Shown here: piece after piece, positions 19,286 to 28,181 of the stretch
How positions within the stretch are numbered: the first letter of the stretch is position 1
How the letters are laid out: each line of letters starts with the position of its first letter
Assembly (NCBI GenBank): GCA_029880275.1
Contig: JAOUOQ010000001.1
Coordinates: 1 to 40,693 of the forward strand
Source of the DNA: Candidatus Aminicenantes bacterium
GTDB taxonomy: Bacteria > Acidobacteriota > B3-B38 > Guanabaribacteriales > B3-B38
DNA: 40,693 bases
Direction: 5' to 3'
The notes under the pieces: generated by a model
Seen by the model: only the letters and a program-made list of their open reading frames with translations
Databases searched by the model: none
Told to the model about the DNA's origin: nothing
Translations under genes and position numbers: made by a program

Positions 19286-20293
19286 TTGGTAAAAAGAAGC
19301 CTGAGGTTGTGGCTGGGCATATCTCTGGGGGGCTTCCTTCTATACCTCTTCTTGCGGGGAGCCAATCTCACCCTGGTAATTAATAAGATCAGGGGCGCTA
19401 ATTATCTCCTCATCGGCTTCAGTTTGGGATTAGCCTTGCTGGTGTATCTGGTGCGGGCTTTCCGGTGGAAATTCCTCCTGATGCCCCTCAAGGAGACCCG
19501 CCTCACCAACCTCTTCTCCACCACTATCATTGGGTACATGGTCAACTCTTTAATCCCGGGAAGATTGGGAGAAATTGCGCGACCATACCTCCTTGGCCAG
19601 AAAGAAGGGCTCTCCAAAACGGCAGCTTTCGCTACTATAATTGTGGAGAGGATCTTCGATCTCATAACCCTTCTGGCGCTCTTCTCTCTCTACCTTATGT
19701 TAGCCCCTTCTCTCCGTCACCTCTCTTCTGAAGAATCGGCTATCATGAGTCGGGTGGAGTGGAGTGGTGTGATATCGGCTATTGCTGGTGCCGCTCTCAT
19801 CGCCTTCCTGCTCCTGTGGCATCTTAAGACCCATCTTTTTCTTAAAGTAACGGAGAAGCTATCCTTCTTTCTGCCAGCCCGTCTTTCCCAGGGATTATCG
19901 AAGGGGATAAGCTCCTTTGCCCAAGGGTTAACTGTCCTTAGGGGAAAGAGGCTACTCCTCAGGATAGGACTTTACTCCTTTGTGCATTGGCTAATGGTAA
20001 GCTTCAGCCTGTGGCTGATTCTGTTAGCCTTCAAGATTAATATTCCCTTCTATTTCACCTTCTTGATTCTTCTCTTCGCTGCCACCGGAGCCGCCATACC
20101 CACTCCGGCAGGGGTAGGTGCTTACCACAAAGCGGTGCAGATTGTCCTGGTTAACTTCCTGGCGATTGAAAATAACCTCGCGGTGGGGGCCTCAATTGTC
20201 ATGCATGCGGTTTCCTTCGCACCAGCGACTCTTCTGGGGATTGTTTTGGTCTGGAAAGAGGGTCTCAATATAAGAAAAATAAGCCGTAGTTAA
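19286..20293 (+). CDS. flippase-like membrane protein (UPF0104 / lysyl-PG synthase TM-region family)
   Basis: About 8 TM helices. RAFRWKFLL and PGRLGEIARPYLL motifs. TTG start. Confidence 0.72.
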   Translation: MVKRSLRLWLGISLGGFLLYLFLRGANLTLVINKIRGANYLLIGFSLGLALLVYLVRAFRWKFLLMPLKETRLTNLFSTTIIGYMVNSLIPGRLGEIARPYLLGQKEGLSKTAAFATIIVERIFDLITLLALFSLYLMLAPSLRHLSSEESAIMSRVEWSGVISAIAGAALIAFLLLWHLKTHLFLKVTEKLSFFLPARLSQGLSKGISSFAQGLTVLRGKRLLLRIGLYSFVHWLMVSFSLWLILLAFKINIPFYFTFLILLFAATGAAIPTPAGVGAYHKAVQIVLVNFLAIENNLAVGASIVMHAVSFAPATLLGIVLVWKEGLNIRKISRS

Positions 20294-20494
20294 GGGCGAT
20301 AAGAGAATGAGATGCCCCCATTATGGTCATAACAAGGAGAAAGTTGCGGACTCCAGAGAGAGCAAGAGGGGTGAGATGATTCACCGGCGGAACAAGTAAT
20401 TTGCCTGCTCTAAGTGATTCTCCATCTACGAGAGAACTGAATTTTCTCACTTGACAGCATAAAAGCTAAGCAGCTCAAATTTTGCAATTTTAAC

Positions 20495-20523
20495 TTGACA
20501 ATTATTCAATGAATATATAGAAT
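20495..20523 (+). promoter_or_regulatory. sigma70-type promoter candidate (TTGACA-17 nt-TAGAAT)
   Basis: TTGACA at 20495-20500, a 17-nt spacer, and TAGAAT at 20518-20523. This would give a leader of about 215 nt before the radical SAM gene. Confidence 0.45.
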
Positions 20524-20745
20524 TTCACCATACGTGAGTTGAGATGATTGAGTTTTAGGCAATTTATTAAAAAATTTTCCTGCAGAAGCTATTAGTGACT
20601 CCTCCTGAGCCTATTTTTAGTTCCTTTACCTGGAGTTTTAAAGTTGATGCAAAAAGCTAACCGCAAAAGAATATTTAAGCTCCAAAGGATGCAAATTAAG
20701 AAGACCGAAATCCTCATTAATAGTGTATGAGGGAAAGGAGACGGA

Positions 20746-22353
20746 ATGGCTAAAGAAACTGATTACAACGAGATAATACGCCAGGAAGAGATGGAGAAGG
20801 GGGTAGAGTCCGTTACCCACACCTATCTGGGCTCCCCCATAAATCCGCTTTCCCGAGGCCTGCCCAAAACCATCTCTTCCCTGTGCCCGGAGTGTTGTAA
20901 GGTAATCGAAGGGCGTCTTTTTGAAGAAAATGGGAAAGTTATGCTGGAGAAGGAGTGCCCGGTTCACGGGAGGTTCCGGGATATTTACTGGTCTGATGTC
21001 AACTTATACCTTAAAGCCGAAAGGTGGACCTTCGGAGAGGGGCATGGGCTCACCAATCCCAAAGTGACCAAAGCCACCAAGTGCCCCCAGCAGTGTGGTA
21101 TGTGTAACCTCCACACCAGCCATACGGCTCTGGGGAATGTCGACCTCACCAACCGTTGCGACCTCACCTGCCCGGTCTGTTTCGCCAATTCCAACGTCGC
21201 CGGCTACCTCTACGAGCCCTCCTTCGAGCAGGTTCTGACGATGTTAAAAACCCTCCGCGATATGAAGCCGGTGAAGGCTCGGGCAGTGCAGTTCTCCGGC
21301 GGGGAGCCCACCCTCCATCCCAGGTTCCTGGATACCCTGCGGGCAGCCAGAGATATGGGGTTCTCTCACATTCAGGTCGCCTCCAATGGCCTGAATCTGA
21401 GCGACCCTGAGTTTGCCATGAAGTGCGCCGAGGCGGGGTTGCACAACGTCTACCTTCAGCTTGATGGAGTGAGCGACGATGTCTACCTCAAAACCAGGGG
21501 TCGACCCCTCCACGAGATTAAACTCAAAGCCATAGATAGCCTCCGAAAGGCACACATAAAGGTGGTATTCGTCCCCACCATCATCAAAGGGGTAAATAAC
21601 CATGAGGTGGGCGACATCCTGAGATTAGCTCTGGAAAACATAGACACGGTGTCAGGCATCAGCTACCAGCCGGTGGCGTTTACTGGAAGGATAAGCGAAA
21701 AGAAGAGGATGGAGCAGCGTTACACCCTTTCCGACCTGGCTAAAGACCTGAAAGAGCAAACCGGGCTGTTCACCGACGACGACTGGTATCCCCTGTGCTC
21801 CACTGTTCCCTTCACCCGATTCTTAATGGCGTTACGAGGATTCAACTCGGTAAACGTCACATGCCATCCTCACTGCTCCTTAGCCACCTACCTCTTCGTC
21901 AACCAGGACGACCCCCTCAACACTGCTAAGCCGATCACCCAGTTTGTCGATATCCCCAATATACTCAAAGACTTTAACAAGCTGGCTGGAAAGGCCGGAA
22001 ATTCCCGCATTAAAGCCTTCTCCAAAATCAGAGCCTTCCAGACATTCCGCAAGCACTTCAAGGAGGAAAAGGCTCCTAAGGGGCTCACTTTTCTCAAATT
22101 CCTCGACCAGCTGGCCGGGTTGATGGACAAGGATATAGGCAGAGAACCAGAAGGACATCAGAGAATGGCTCTAATGGTGGGCGGGATGCATTTTATGGAT
22201 ATTTACAACTACGATGTGGAGCGGGTGAAAAGATGCGTCATCCACTACACAAGCCCTGATGGGAGCCTTTACCCCTTCTGCACTTACAATTCCGGACCCT
22301 ATTTCAGGGAGAAGGTAGAAAAGAAGTTCTCCACCCCCTTGCCCGGCAAATAG
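20746..22353 (+). CDS. radical SAM enzyme with two CX3CX2C motifs (MJ0619 / Tes / GDGT-MAS-like)
   Basis: CPQQCGMC (C113/117/120) and CDLTCPVC (C138/142/145). N-terminal Cys/His knuckle CPECC...CPVHG, FSGGEPTLHP, and C-terminal Cys residues (CHPHC, FCTYN). AAGGAG RBS before ATG 20746. Confidence 0.88.
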   Translation: MAKETDYNEIIRQEEMEKGVESVTHTYLGSPINPLSRGLPKTISSLCPECCKVIEGRLFEENGKVMLEKECPVHGRFRDIYWSDVNLYLKAERWTFGEGHGLTNPKVTKATKCPQQCGMCNLHTSHTALGNVDLTNRCDLTCPVCFANSNVAGYLYEPSFEQVLTMLKTLRDMKPVKARAVQFSGGEPTLHPRFLDTLRAARDMGFSHIQVASNGLNLSDPEFAMKCAEAGLHNVYLQLDGVSDDVYLKTRGRPLHEIKLKAIDSLRKAHIKVVFVPTIIKGVNNHEVGDILRLALENIDTVSGISYQPVAFTGRISEKKRMEQRYTLSDLAKDLKEQTGLFTDDDWYPLCSTVPFTRFLMALRGFNSVNVTCHPHCSLATYLFVNQDDPLNTAKPITQFVDIPNILKDFNKLAGKAGNSRIKAFSKIRAFQTFRKHFKEEKAPKGLTFLKFLDQLAGLMDKDIGREPEGHQRMALMVGGMHFMDIYNYDVERVKRCVIHYTSPDGSLYPFCTYNSGPYFREKVEKKFSTPLPGK

Positions 22354-22664
22354 AAAAAAGGATTCCAATTCCCCAGAGTCGACTCGCCTGAGGAGAGAGA
22401 CTCCCCTATTCATAGAAATAAGGGTGGTTTGTCTAAGCCAATCAGGACCTTCCCTAAAAATTAGGATTAGGTGACGATAACCCTTTTATTATTTATACTT
22501 ATATGAAATTGCAGCTGGAAAACTGAAATAATACCTCCGAGTAAAGAAGAATCAATATCATGTGTGTCATCAATTAGATAGAGAATGGCTTTAGGAGAAA
22601 TTAACCCAATCGTTGATACAGATGGGTACTCAAATAATGAGTCCAAGTTCTGTTCCATATAATC

Positions 22665-22693
22665 TTGACATTTATAAAATAGCTTGCTATAAT
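22665..22693 (+). promoter_or_regulatory. consensus sigma70 promoter (TTGACA-17 nt-TATAAT)
   Basis: Perfect -35 at 22665-22670 and perfect -10 at 22688-22693, about 40 nt upstream of the first gene of the Lol-like cassette. Confidence 0.65.
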
Positions 22694-22730
22694 TTCACTC
22701 TAATTTGGGAAATAGATAGATTGTGCATGA

Positions 22731-23702
22731 GTGAAAAGAGAAAAGGGGAAGCTATTTTTTAATGGAGAGAAAGGGTTTTTGAGATCAAACTCTTCAACAA
22801 AGCTGGTTATTTTTTTTGCCTTGATAGGGATATTTCTGTATGGAGGGTGCAGTGTATTCCGCTACGAGATAAAGAAAAGGGAGGTAAAAGTCTCATACAA
22901 GGAAGCCTCGTTGGATCAGCTGTTAGAGCTTATCAACCGGAACCAGGAGCTGATCCATAGCCTGACTGCCTCCTTGCAAGTAGGACTGAACTTTGGGGTT
23001 CCCGGTAAATACGACAGCTGCAAGGGTCAGCTGCTGATAGAGCGACCCCATAAGATCCGCCTTACAGGCTATCGCTCGCTTATGCCAACTTTCTTCCTTA
23101 TGGTGGCCGATGCCGATAATTATTGGGTTTACATACCCTCAAAGAAGAAGGTCTATCAAGGGCTTACTGCTAAAAACAATATGCTCCCTTATAAGGACGA
23201 AGAGGTCTCCATCAAGGATATTAAGCCACATGAAATCCTGGCTGCTCTGATGCTGGATGATAAGATTACCCCCAGCCAGAGTGAAAGAAAAGCATATCTT
23301 GACATTTTGCCGAATATATATATTATTAATATTGTTGAGACGAAGGGAGATAGTCTGCTATATCCAGTAAGAAGGATATGGGTGGAAAGAGAAAAGCTAA
23401 CTGTTGTGAGGCACGAACTTTTCGACTCCCAGGGGCGTTTGCGCAGCGAGGTCTATTTCAGTAACCATCGCCCGGCAGGGGAGACTACTTTCCCCGGGCT
23501 GGTGCTTATAAAAAGACCGTGGGAGGGTATGAGCATCAGATTGGTGTTCAATAAGATTAAATTAAATCAACCTCTAAACCCCGAAGCTTTCAGCTTCCAA
23601 CCCTCTGAGGATGTTGAAGTCATCAATGTAGACACCCATAACCAGGAAATCCCTTTAAGAAACTCAATTAAAAACTATTGGAATGAACAATGGCAAACTT
23701 AG
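22731..23702 (+). CDS. LolA/LolB-fold lipoprotein (outer-membrane lipoprotein-sorting-like)
   Basis: Lipobox FLYGGC. GQLLIERPHKIRLTGY...MVADADNYWVYIPSKKKVYQG resembles LolA/LolB-type half-barrels. Start is GTG 22731 or, more plausibly, TTG 22779. Confidence 0.6.
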   Translation: MKREKGKLFFNGEKGFLRSNSSTKLVIFFALIGIFLYGGCSVFRYEIKKREVKVSYKEASLDQLLELINRNQELIHSLTASLQVGLNFGVPGKYDSCKGQLLIERPHKIRLTGYRSLMPTFFLMVADADNYWVYIPSKKKVYQGLTAKNNMLPYKDEEVSIKDIKPHEILAALMLDDKITPSQSERKAYLDILPNIYIINIVETKGDSLLYPVRRIWVEREKLTVVRHELFDSQGRLRSEVYFSNHRPAGETTFPGLVLIKRPWEGMSIRLVFNKIKLNQPLNPEAFSFQPSEDVEVINVDTHNQEIPLRNSIKNYWNEQWQT

Positions 23703-24793
23703 CCATAGCCAATCTTTCTAAGAGAAAAACAAGAACCTTAGTCAGCATCCTGGCGGTAGCTATTGAAATAACCCTTATCTTAGTTCTGGTCGGCTTGACC
23801 AAAGGAACCCTCAACGATGTTGCCTCCCGCATCCAGAATATAGGGGCGGACATCCTTTTCCTCCCACCGGGAGCTTCCAGTATCCTCAGCTTGAATAACT
23901 ACTTTATGCACATTAACCTTAAAGACTCTATTATAGCCACCGAAGGGGTCAAAGCGGTTTCCCCGGTAATGACCTGGATGACCAACAAACTTGGAGGCAT
24001 AGGGGGGAACATTATATTTGGAATAAACCCCAAAGAGTTCAATAATGTCGGAGGCAATCTGGAACTGCTGAGCGGAAAGCACTTACAAGGTGAATACGAT
24101 ATGTTGGTAGATAGAAGGCTGGCAGAGGCAAACGATCTGCGCCTGAACGACCAGGTGGAGGTCTTAAATCACCAGTTCACCGTTGTCGGCATTTTGAAGG
24201 CAGGAGTAGGAGCGAGAATTTACATCCCGCTGACCACCCTCCAGAACGCTCTCAACGAACCCAATCGGGTCTCCCTGTTCTTTGTCAAATGCCAATCACC
24301 AGAGCAGGTGGGCGAAGTCGCCAGCCGGCTGGAGAAGAGCTTCCCCGGTTATCAGACCCAGCTCAGCGAAACCTACGCGCAAGATTTAGCCGAAAGCGCC
24401 CGGGGAATCAACCAATTCATCAGCGCCATTACCGCTATAGCCATCCTGGTGAGCTTCCTGGTGATACTTTTAGCTATGTATACCACCATCATTGAGCGAA
24501 CTCGAGAGATCGGTATCCTCAAAGCCCTGGGAGCTACCAAAGCTTACATCGTAAAGACCATCGTGACCGAAGCCGTCGCCCTCAGCATTATAGGAATACT
24601 TTGCGGATATCTGTTATCTTTTGCTGCTCAAACCTGGATGAGTAACGCTTATCCCCTCATTACCATCATCATCACCCCCTCCTGGATAATCCTGGCGGGC
24701 ATTCTGGGACTGGTAAGTGGCTTCCTTGGTTCCCTTTACCCCTCATACCGGGCAGCTACATTGGATCCGGTGGAGGCTCTTAATTACGAGTAA
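23690..24793 (+). CDS. ABC transporter permease, FtsX/MacB/LolC-E family
   Basis: N-terminal IANLSKRKTRTLVSILAVAI helix, a periplasmic domain of about 200 aa, and three C-terminal TMs with RTREIGILKALGAT and SLYPSYRAATLDPVEAL. Confidence 0.88.
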   Translation: MANLAIANLSKRKTRTLVSILAVAIEITLILVLVGLTKGTLNDVASRIQNIGADILFLPPGASSILSLNNYFMHINLKDSIIATEGVKAVSPVMTWMTNKLGGIGGNIIFGINPKEFNNVGGNLELLSGKHLQGEYDMLVDRRLAEANDLRLNDQVEVLNHQFTVVGILKAGVGARIYIPLTTLQNALNEPNRVSLFFVKCQSPEQVGEVASRLEKSFPGYQTQLSETYAQDLAESARGINQFISAITAIAILVSFLVILLAMYTTIIERTREIGILKALGATKAYIVKTIVTEAVALSIIGILCGYLLSFAAQTWMSNAYPLITIIITPSWIILAGILGLVSGFLGSLYPSYRAATLDPVEALNYE

Positions 24794-24845
24794 GAGGAGA
24801 GCGGATTTTTAAAGCAAACATAAGCCTTTTATCAAGGAACTTTCA

Positions 24846-25523
24846 GTGAACAATATTCTTCGGGCTAAAAATTTGGGAAAGGTTTATCGGGTGGGTAAGA
24901 TAGATATCCACGCTGTTCGCGGTGTCAATCTCGACGTTGAAAAGGGGGAGTTTGTATCCATTGTGGGACCGTCTGGCTGCGGAAAGTCCACCCTTCTCCA
25001 CCTCATGGGGGGGATGGCAAAACCCACCACGGGAAAGGTGTTCATAGAGGGAACTGACCTCTCCATGATAAGCGATGGCGAGCGTGCTAAGATTCGTCGA
25101 GATAAGATAGGCTTCGTGTTCCAGCGATTTAATCTCTTCTCTGCCCTTAACTCTCAGCAGAACCTCGAGATTGCCATGCAGATATGCCACAATGGGAATA
25201 TCGACCATCAGCGTATAAAAGAAATTATGAAGTTAGTGGGATTAGAGAATAAGCTCCAGCATAAACCATTGGAGCTCTCCATGGGGGAACAGCAGAGGGT
25301 TGCCATTGCGCGCGCCTTGGTAAATAATCCCTTATTAATTCTGGCTGATGAACCTACCGGTAATCTCGACTCGGCAAACTCCTATAAGGTTCTCTATCTG
25401 CTGAAAGACCTGAACCGAAATCTGGGACAGACAATAGTCCTCATCACCCATAATCAGGAGGCTTCTAAGATAGCCGATAGAAAAATCGAAATGAAGGATG
25501 GAATGATAATATCCCTTTCCTGA
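24846..25523 (+). CDS. ABC transporter ATP-binding protein, LolD/MacB type
   Basis: [43 protein letters not shown] and ITHN. GTG start. Confidence 0.9.
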   Translation: MNNILRAKNLGKVYRVGKIDIHAVRGVNLDVEKGEFVSIVGPSGCGKSTLLHLMGGMAKPTTGKVFIEGTDLSMISDGERAKIRRDKIGFVFQRFNLFSALNSQQNLEIAMQICHNGNIDHQRIKEIMKLVGLENKLQHKPLELSMGEQQRVAIARALVNNPLLILADEPTGNLDSANSYKVLYLLKDLNRNLGQTIVLITHNQEASKIADRKIEMKDGMIISLS

Positions 25524-25585
25524 CAACCCTCTTTCCAGCTTAGTTATATTATACCTTCGGCGAGCACCTTAATGACCGGAGGCAA

Positions 25586-25978
25586 TTGACCTACGATATG
25601 AAGCCAATAATTCAGAAGATAGGCTCCACCTGCTGGAAGTGGATCTTCTGGGCTTATGAGAGGGGGAGCTGGCAACATACCTTATTATGCGCTATTATAA
25701 TCTTGATTCTCATCTTTGTCCCCTTCTGGCATGGGAAAGAAACACCGCAGGATAACAGCTCCCCCGTGGTTGTCGTGGAGGAAAAAGAGCTGGACCAGGA
25801 GCTTCTCTACATTAAAATTGAGTTAGCCCCCGACCAAAAACCGGGCACAGATGAAACCAAGCAGCTTATTTCCGCTTTGACCGAGCAGCTACAGAAACAC
25901 CATCAGGTGAAAAACATCCTCCCCCTTCTATCAGAAGATGGCAAGCTGAGGGGATTTTCTCTCTTTGTTCAGAAATAG
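25586..25978 (+). CDS. hypothetical single-pass membrane protein
   Basis: One TM (TLLCAIIILILIFVPFW) and an acidic soluble tail. The start may be ATG 25598 rather than TTG 25586. Confidence 0.5.
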   Translation: MTYDMKPIIQKIGSTCWKWIFWAYERGSWQHTLLCAIIILILIFVPFWHGKETPQDNSSPVVVVEEKELDQELLYIKIELAPDQKPGTDETKQLISALTEQLQKHHQVKNILPLLSEDGKLRGFSLFVQK

Positions 25979-25991
25979 AGGTTAATTCGTT

Positions 25992-26810
25992 ATGAACTGT
26001 AAGAATAAGACTTCAAAGCTTAAAACCATCCTAATTTTGCTTCTCCTCTGCTTATTTTGCAACATAAAAAGCTGGGCGTCTGAAACACCAGGAGGACCCT
26101 ATCCGGCAACTGAAGAGGATAAATTACAATTTATCCTGAGTCAGCTGAAGAAAGCCGATGCGCAGTTGACGAGCTTCGTCGCCGACTTCAAAGAAACCAG
26201 AATCTTCCTTTACAGCCCAGAGCCGGAGGTTGCCGAGGGGAAGATATACTTTAAAAAGCCCCAGCAAGTCCGCTGGGACTATTACCCACCGGGAGAGAAG
26301 CATATTGTTCTTACCCCTGCCAAGGCGTGGCTCTACCTTCCCGAAATAAAACAGGTGCAGCTGATAAATTTGAAGGGGGAAAAGAAACTCTCCTCTCTCC
26401 CTATCGGTCTCAGCGGACCATCACCCGACTTTGAAAAGAACTATCAGATTCGTTTGATAGAAGAGGAAGGAGAAACTATAGAAAATAAGAGATATATATT
26501 GGAACTCACCCCTGTTTCCGACAGCGAAGTAGCCGCCGTCTATACCCGCATCCTGCTCACCTTATCCGAAAAGAGGTGGCTCCCTGCTGACAAGATTGAA
26601 TTGCTGGAGTTAACCGGGGACAAGACGATTATAGAACTCAGCGAAATCTCCCTCAATACCAAAATCTCCTCCAAACTTTTCAAGTTTGACGTCCCCAGAG
26701 ATGTCGAGATTATTGACCACACCGAAAAGCAGCCCCCTTCCAGAAACCCAGCCGACTTAATCTGCCAGGGCGAGCTCCTTCAACGCCTTTACCAACTCTC
26801 TATCCTCTGA
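25992..26810 (+). CDS. LolA-like periplasmic lipoprotein carrier protein
   Basis: Signal peptide. FKETRIFLYSPEPEVAEGKIYFKKPQQVRWDYYPPGEKHIVLTPAKAWLYLPEIKQVQ matches the LolA core pattern. The C-terminal extension overlaps selA on the opposite strand. Confidence 0.75.
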   Translation: MNCKNKTSKLKTILILLLLCLFCNIKSWASETPGGPYPATEEDKLQFILSQLKKADAQLTSFVADFKETRIFLYSPEPEVAEGKIYFKKPQQVRWDYYPPGEKHIVLTPAKAWLYLPEIKQVQLINLKGEKKLSSLPIGLSGPSPDFEKNYQIRLIEEEGETIENKRYILELTPVSDSEVAAVYTRILLTLSEKRWLPADKIELLELTGDKTIIELSEISLNTKISSKLFKFDVPRDVEIIDHTEKQPPSRNPADLICQGELLQRLYQLSIL

Positions 26811-28181
26811 AGGGAGAACGGTTCGGAGGTCTATAATCACCCTCTCCTCCTGAATGCGAGCAATTACTGGAAGCGGCCTCATCCTTAGCTTTCGACTGAT
26901 AGTATCAGCAGTATGGCGGGTGGATGTCACCGCAATCAATCTGCTGGGAAGTTCCACCAGGGGGATCGTTCCACCACCTACCTTGGAAGCTCCTTCCATA
27001 ATCTCTACCTTTAAAGAAGAACCTTTAACCTTACCAAGCTCTTCAATAATCGCCTCCGCCCTTCTTTGAAGTTCCTCCAACGGTGTAGAGAGCATCTGCA
27101 ATACCGGGATGGAGACCTCGGGCCTCCCTTTCAGATACTCCATGAGGGTGGCTTCCAAAGCGAGATAGGTCAGCTTTCCCGCCCTTACTGCCCTCAACAG
27201 GGGATTCCCCTTGACTCTGGCGATTAGCTCCTTATCACCCACTATGATTCCTGATTGGGGTCCTCCCAGCAATTTATCCCCACTAAAGCTGATAATGTTG
27301 GCCCCTTTTGCCAATATTTCCTCCACCGAGGGCTCATCTGTTATGCCATAAGGGCTGAGGTCTATCATATTACCGCTGCCCATATCCTCCATCACCGGTA
27401 TCCCATGCCTCCGCCCCAGCGCCACCAGCTCCTCCATCCTCACCGATTCGGTGAAGCCGAGGATGCGGAAATTGCTCTGATGAACTGCCAGCAACAGGGC
27501 TGTATTAGGAGAGATTGCCCTCTCGTAGTCTTGCAGCCTGGTCTTATTGGTGGTGCCCACCTCCTTAAGTACGGCTCCGCTTTTCTCCATGACCTCGGGT
27601 ATCCTGAATGAGCCTCCTACCTCCACCAGCTCCCCTCGCGACACAATGACCTCTTTCCCCTCTGCCAGGGTGTTCAATACCAGCAATACGGCGGCGGCGT
27701 TGTTATTTACCACCACACAAGACTTTCCCGGAAACATCCTGGAGATAAGACGCTCCACTGGAAGGTCCCGCGCCCCTCTTCTTCCCTCCTCCAGGGAGAA
27801 CTCCAGATTCAGGTAGCGGCAGGAAAGCTCCTGCAAGCGCTCCACTGCCGAGGGGCATAGCGACGCCCTCCCCAGGTTGGTATGGATGATCACCCCGGTA
27901 GCGTTGATCACCCGATGAAGGAAGGGTGAGAGCTGCGCCTTAAGCCTCTGTCTCAGCTCATCAATGAGACCCTCAGCTCTCTTTTTAACCTCCTGCAGGT
28001 CAGCCTTCCCCTGGGAGATCTCATTCCTTATCGCTGCCAGCAGCTCCCTGATGTTATGGAGGATAAACTCCCGACTGTATCTGGATATGAGCTGCTTCAC
28101 CTCATTCTTTTCCATAAGCTGGTCTACGGAGGGAAGGAAGCGAAAGCCTTTGTCGTGGTTTTCAGAGCTTGTATTTTTCAT
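26757..28181 (-). CDS. selA: L-seryl-tRNA(Sec) selenium transferase
   Basis: N-terminal LPSVDQLM, INATGVIIHTNLGRA, and the PLP-lysine region SFSGDKLLGGPQSGII. Confidence 0.93.
   Translation of the reverse strand: MKNTSSENHDKGFRFLPSVDQLMEKNEVKQLISRYSREFILHNIRELLAAIRNEISQGKADLQEVKKRAEGLIDELRQRLKAQLSPFLHRVINATGVIIHTNLGRASLCPSAVERLQELSCRYLNLEFSLEEGRRGARDLPVERLISRMFPGKSCVVVNNNAAAVLLVLNTLAEGKEVIVSRGELVEVGGSFRIPEVMEKSGAVLKEVGTTNKTRLQDYERAISPNTALLLAVHQSNFRILGFTESVRMEELVALGRRHGIPVMEDMGSGNMIDLSPYGITDEPSVEEILAKGANIISFSGDKLLGGPQSGIIVGDKELIARVKGNPLLRAVRAGKLTYLALEATLMEYLKGRPEVSIPVLQMLSTPLEELQRRAEAIIEELGKVKGSSLKVEIMEGASKVGGGTIPLVELPSRLIAVTSTRHTADTISRKLRMRPLPVIARIQEERVIIDLRTVLPSEDRELVKALKELALAD

Noticed and set aside
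20265-20967. Minus-strand ORFs 20265-20450 and 20638-20967 in or around the 452-nt intergenic region.
   Set aside because: Both overlap the ends of well-supported plus-strand genes, lack motifs and lack an RBS. The region is better treated as leader or regulatory DNA.
22467-22658. 63-aa minus-strand ORF in the AT-rich gap between the radical SAM gene and the Lol cassette.
   Set aside because: It has no RBS and no recognisable family. It sits against the flow of both flanking plus-strand units in promoter-like AT-rich DNA, which easily yields chance ORFs.
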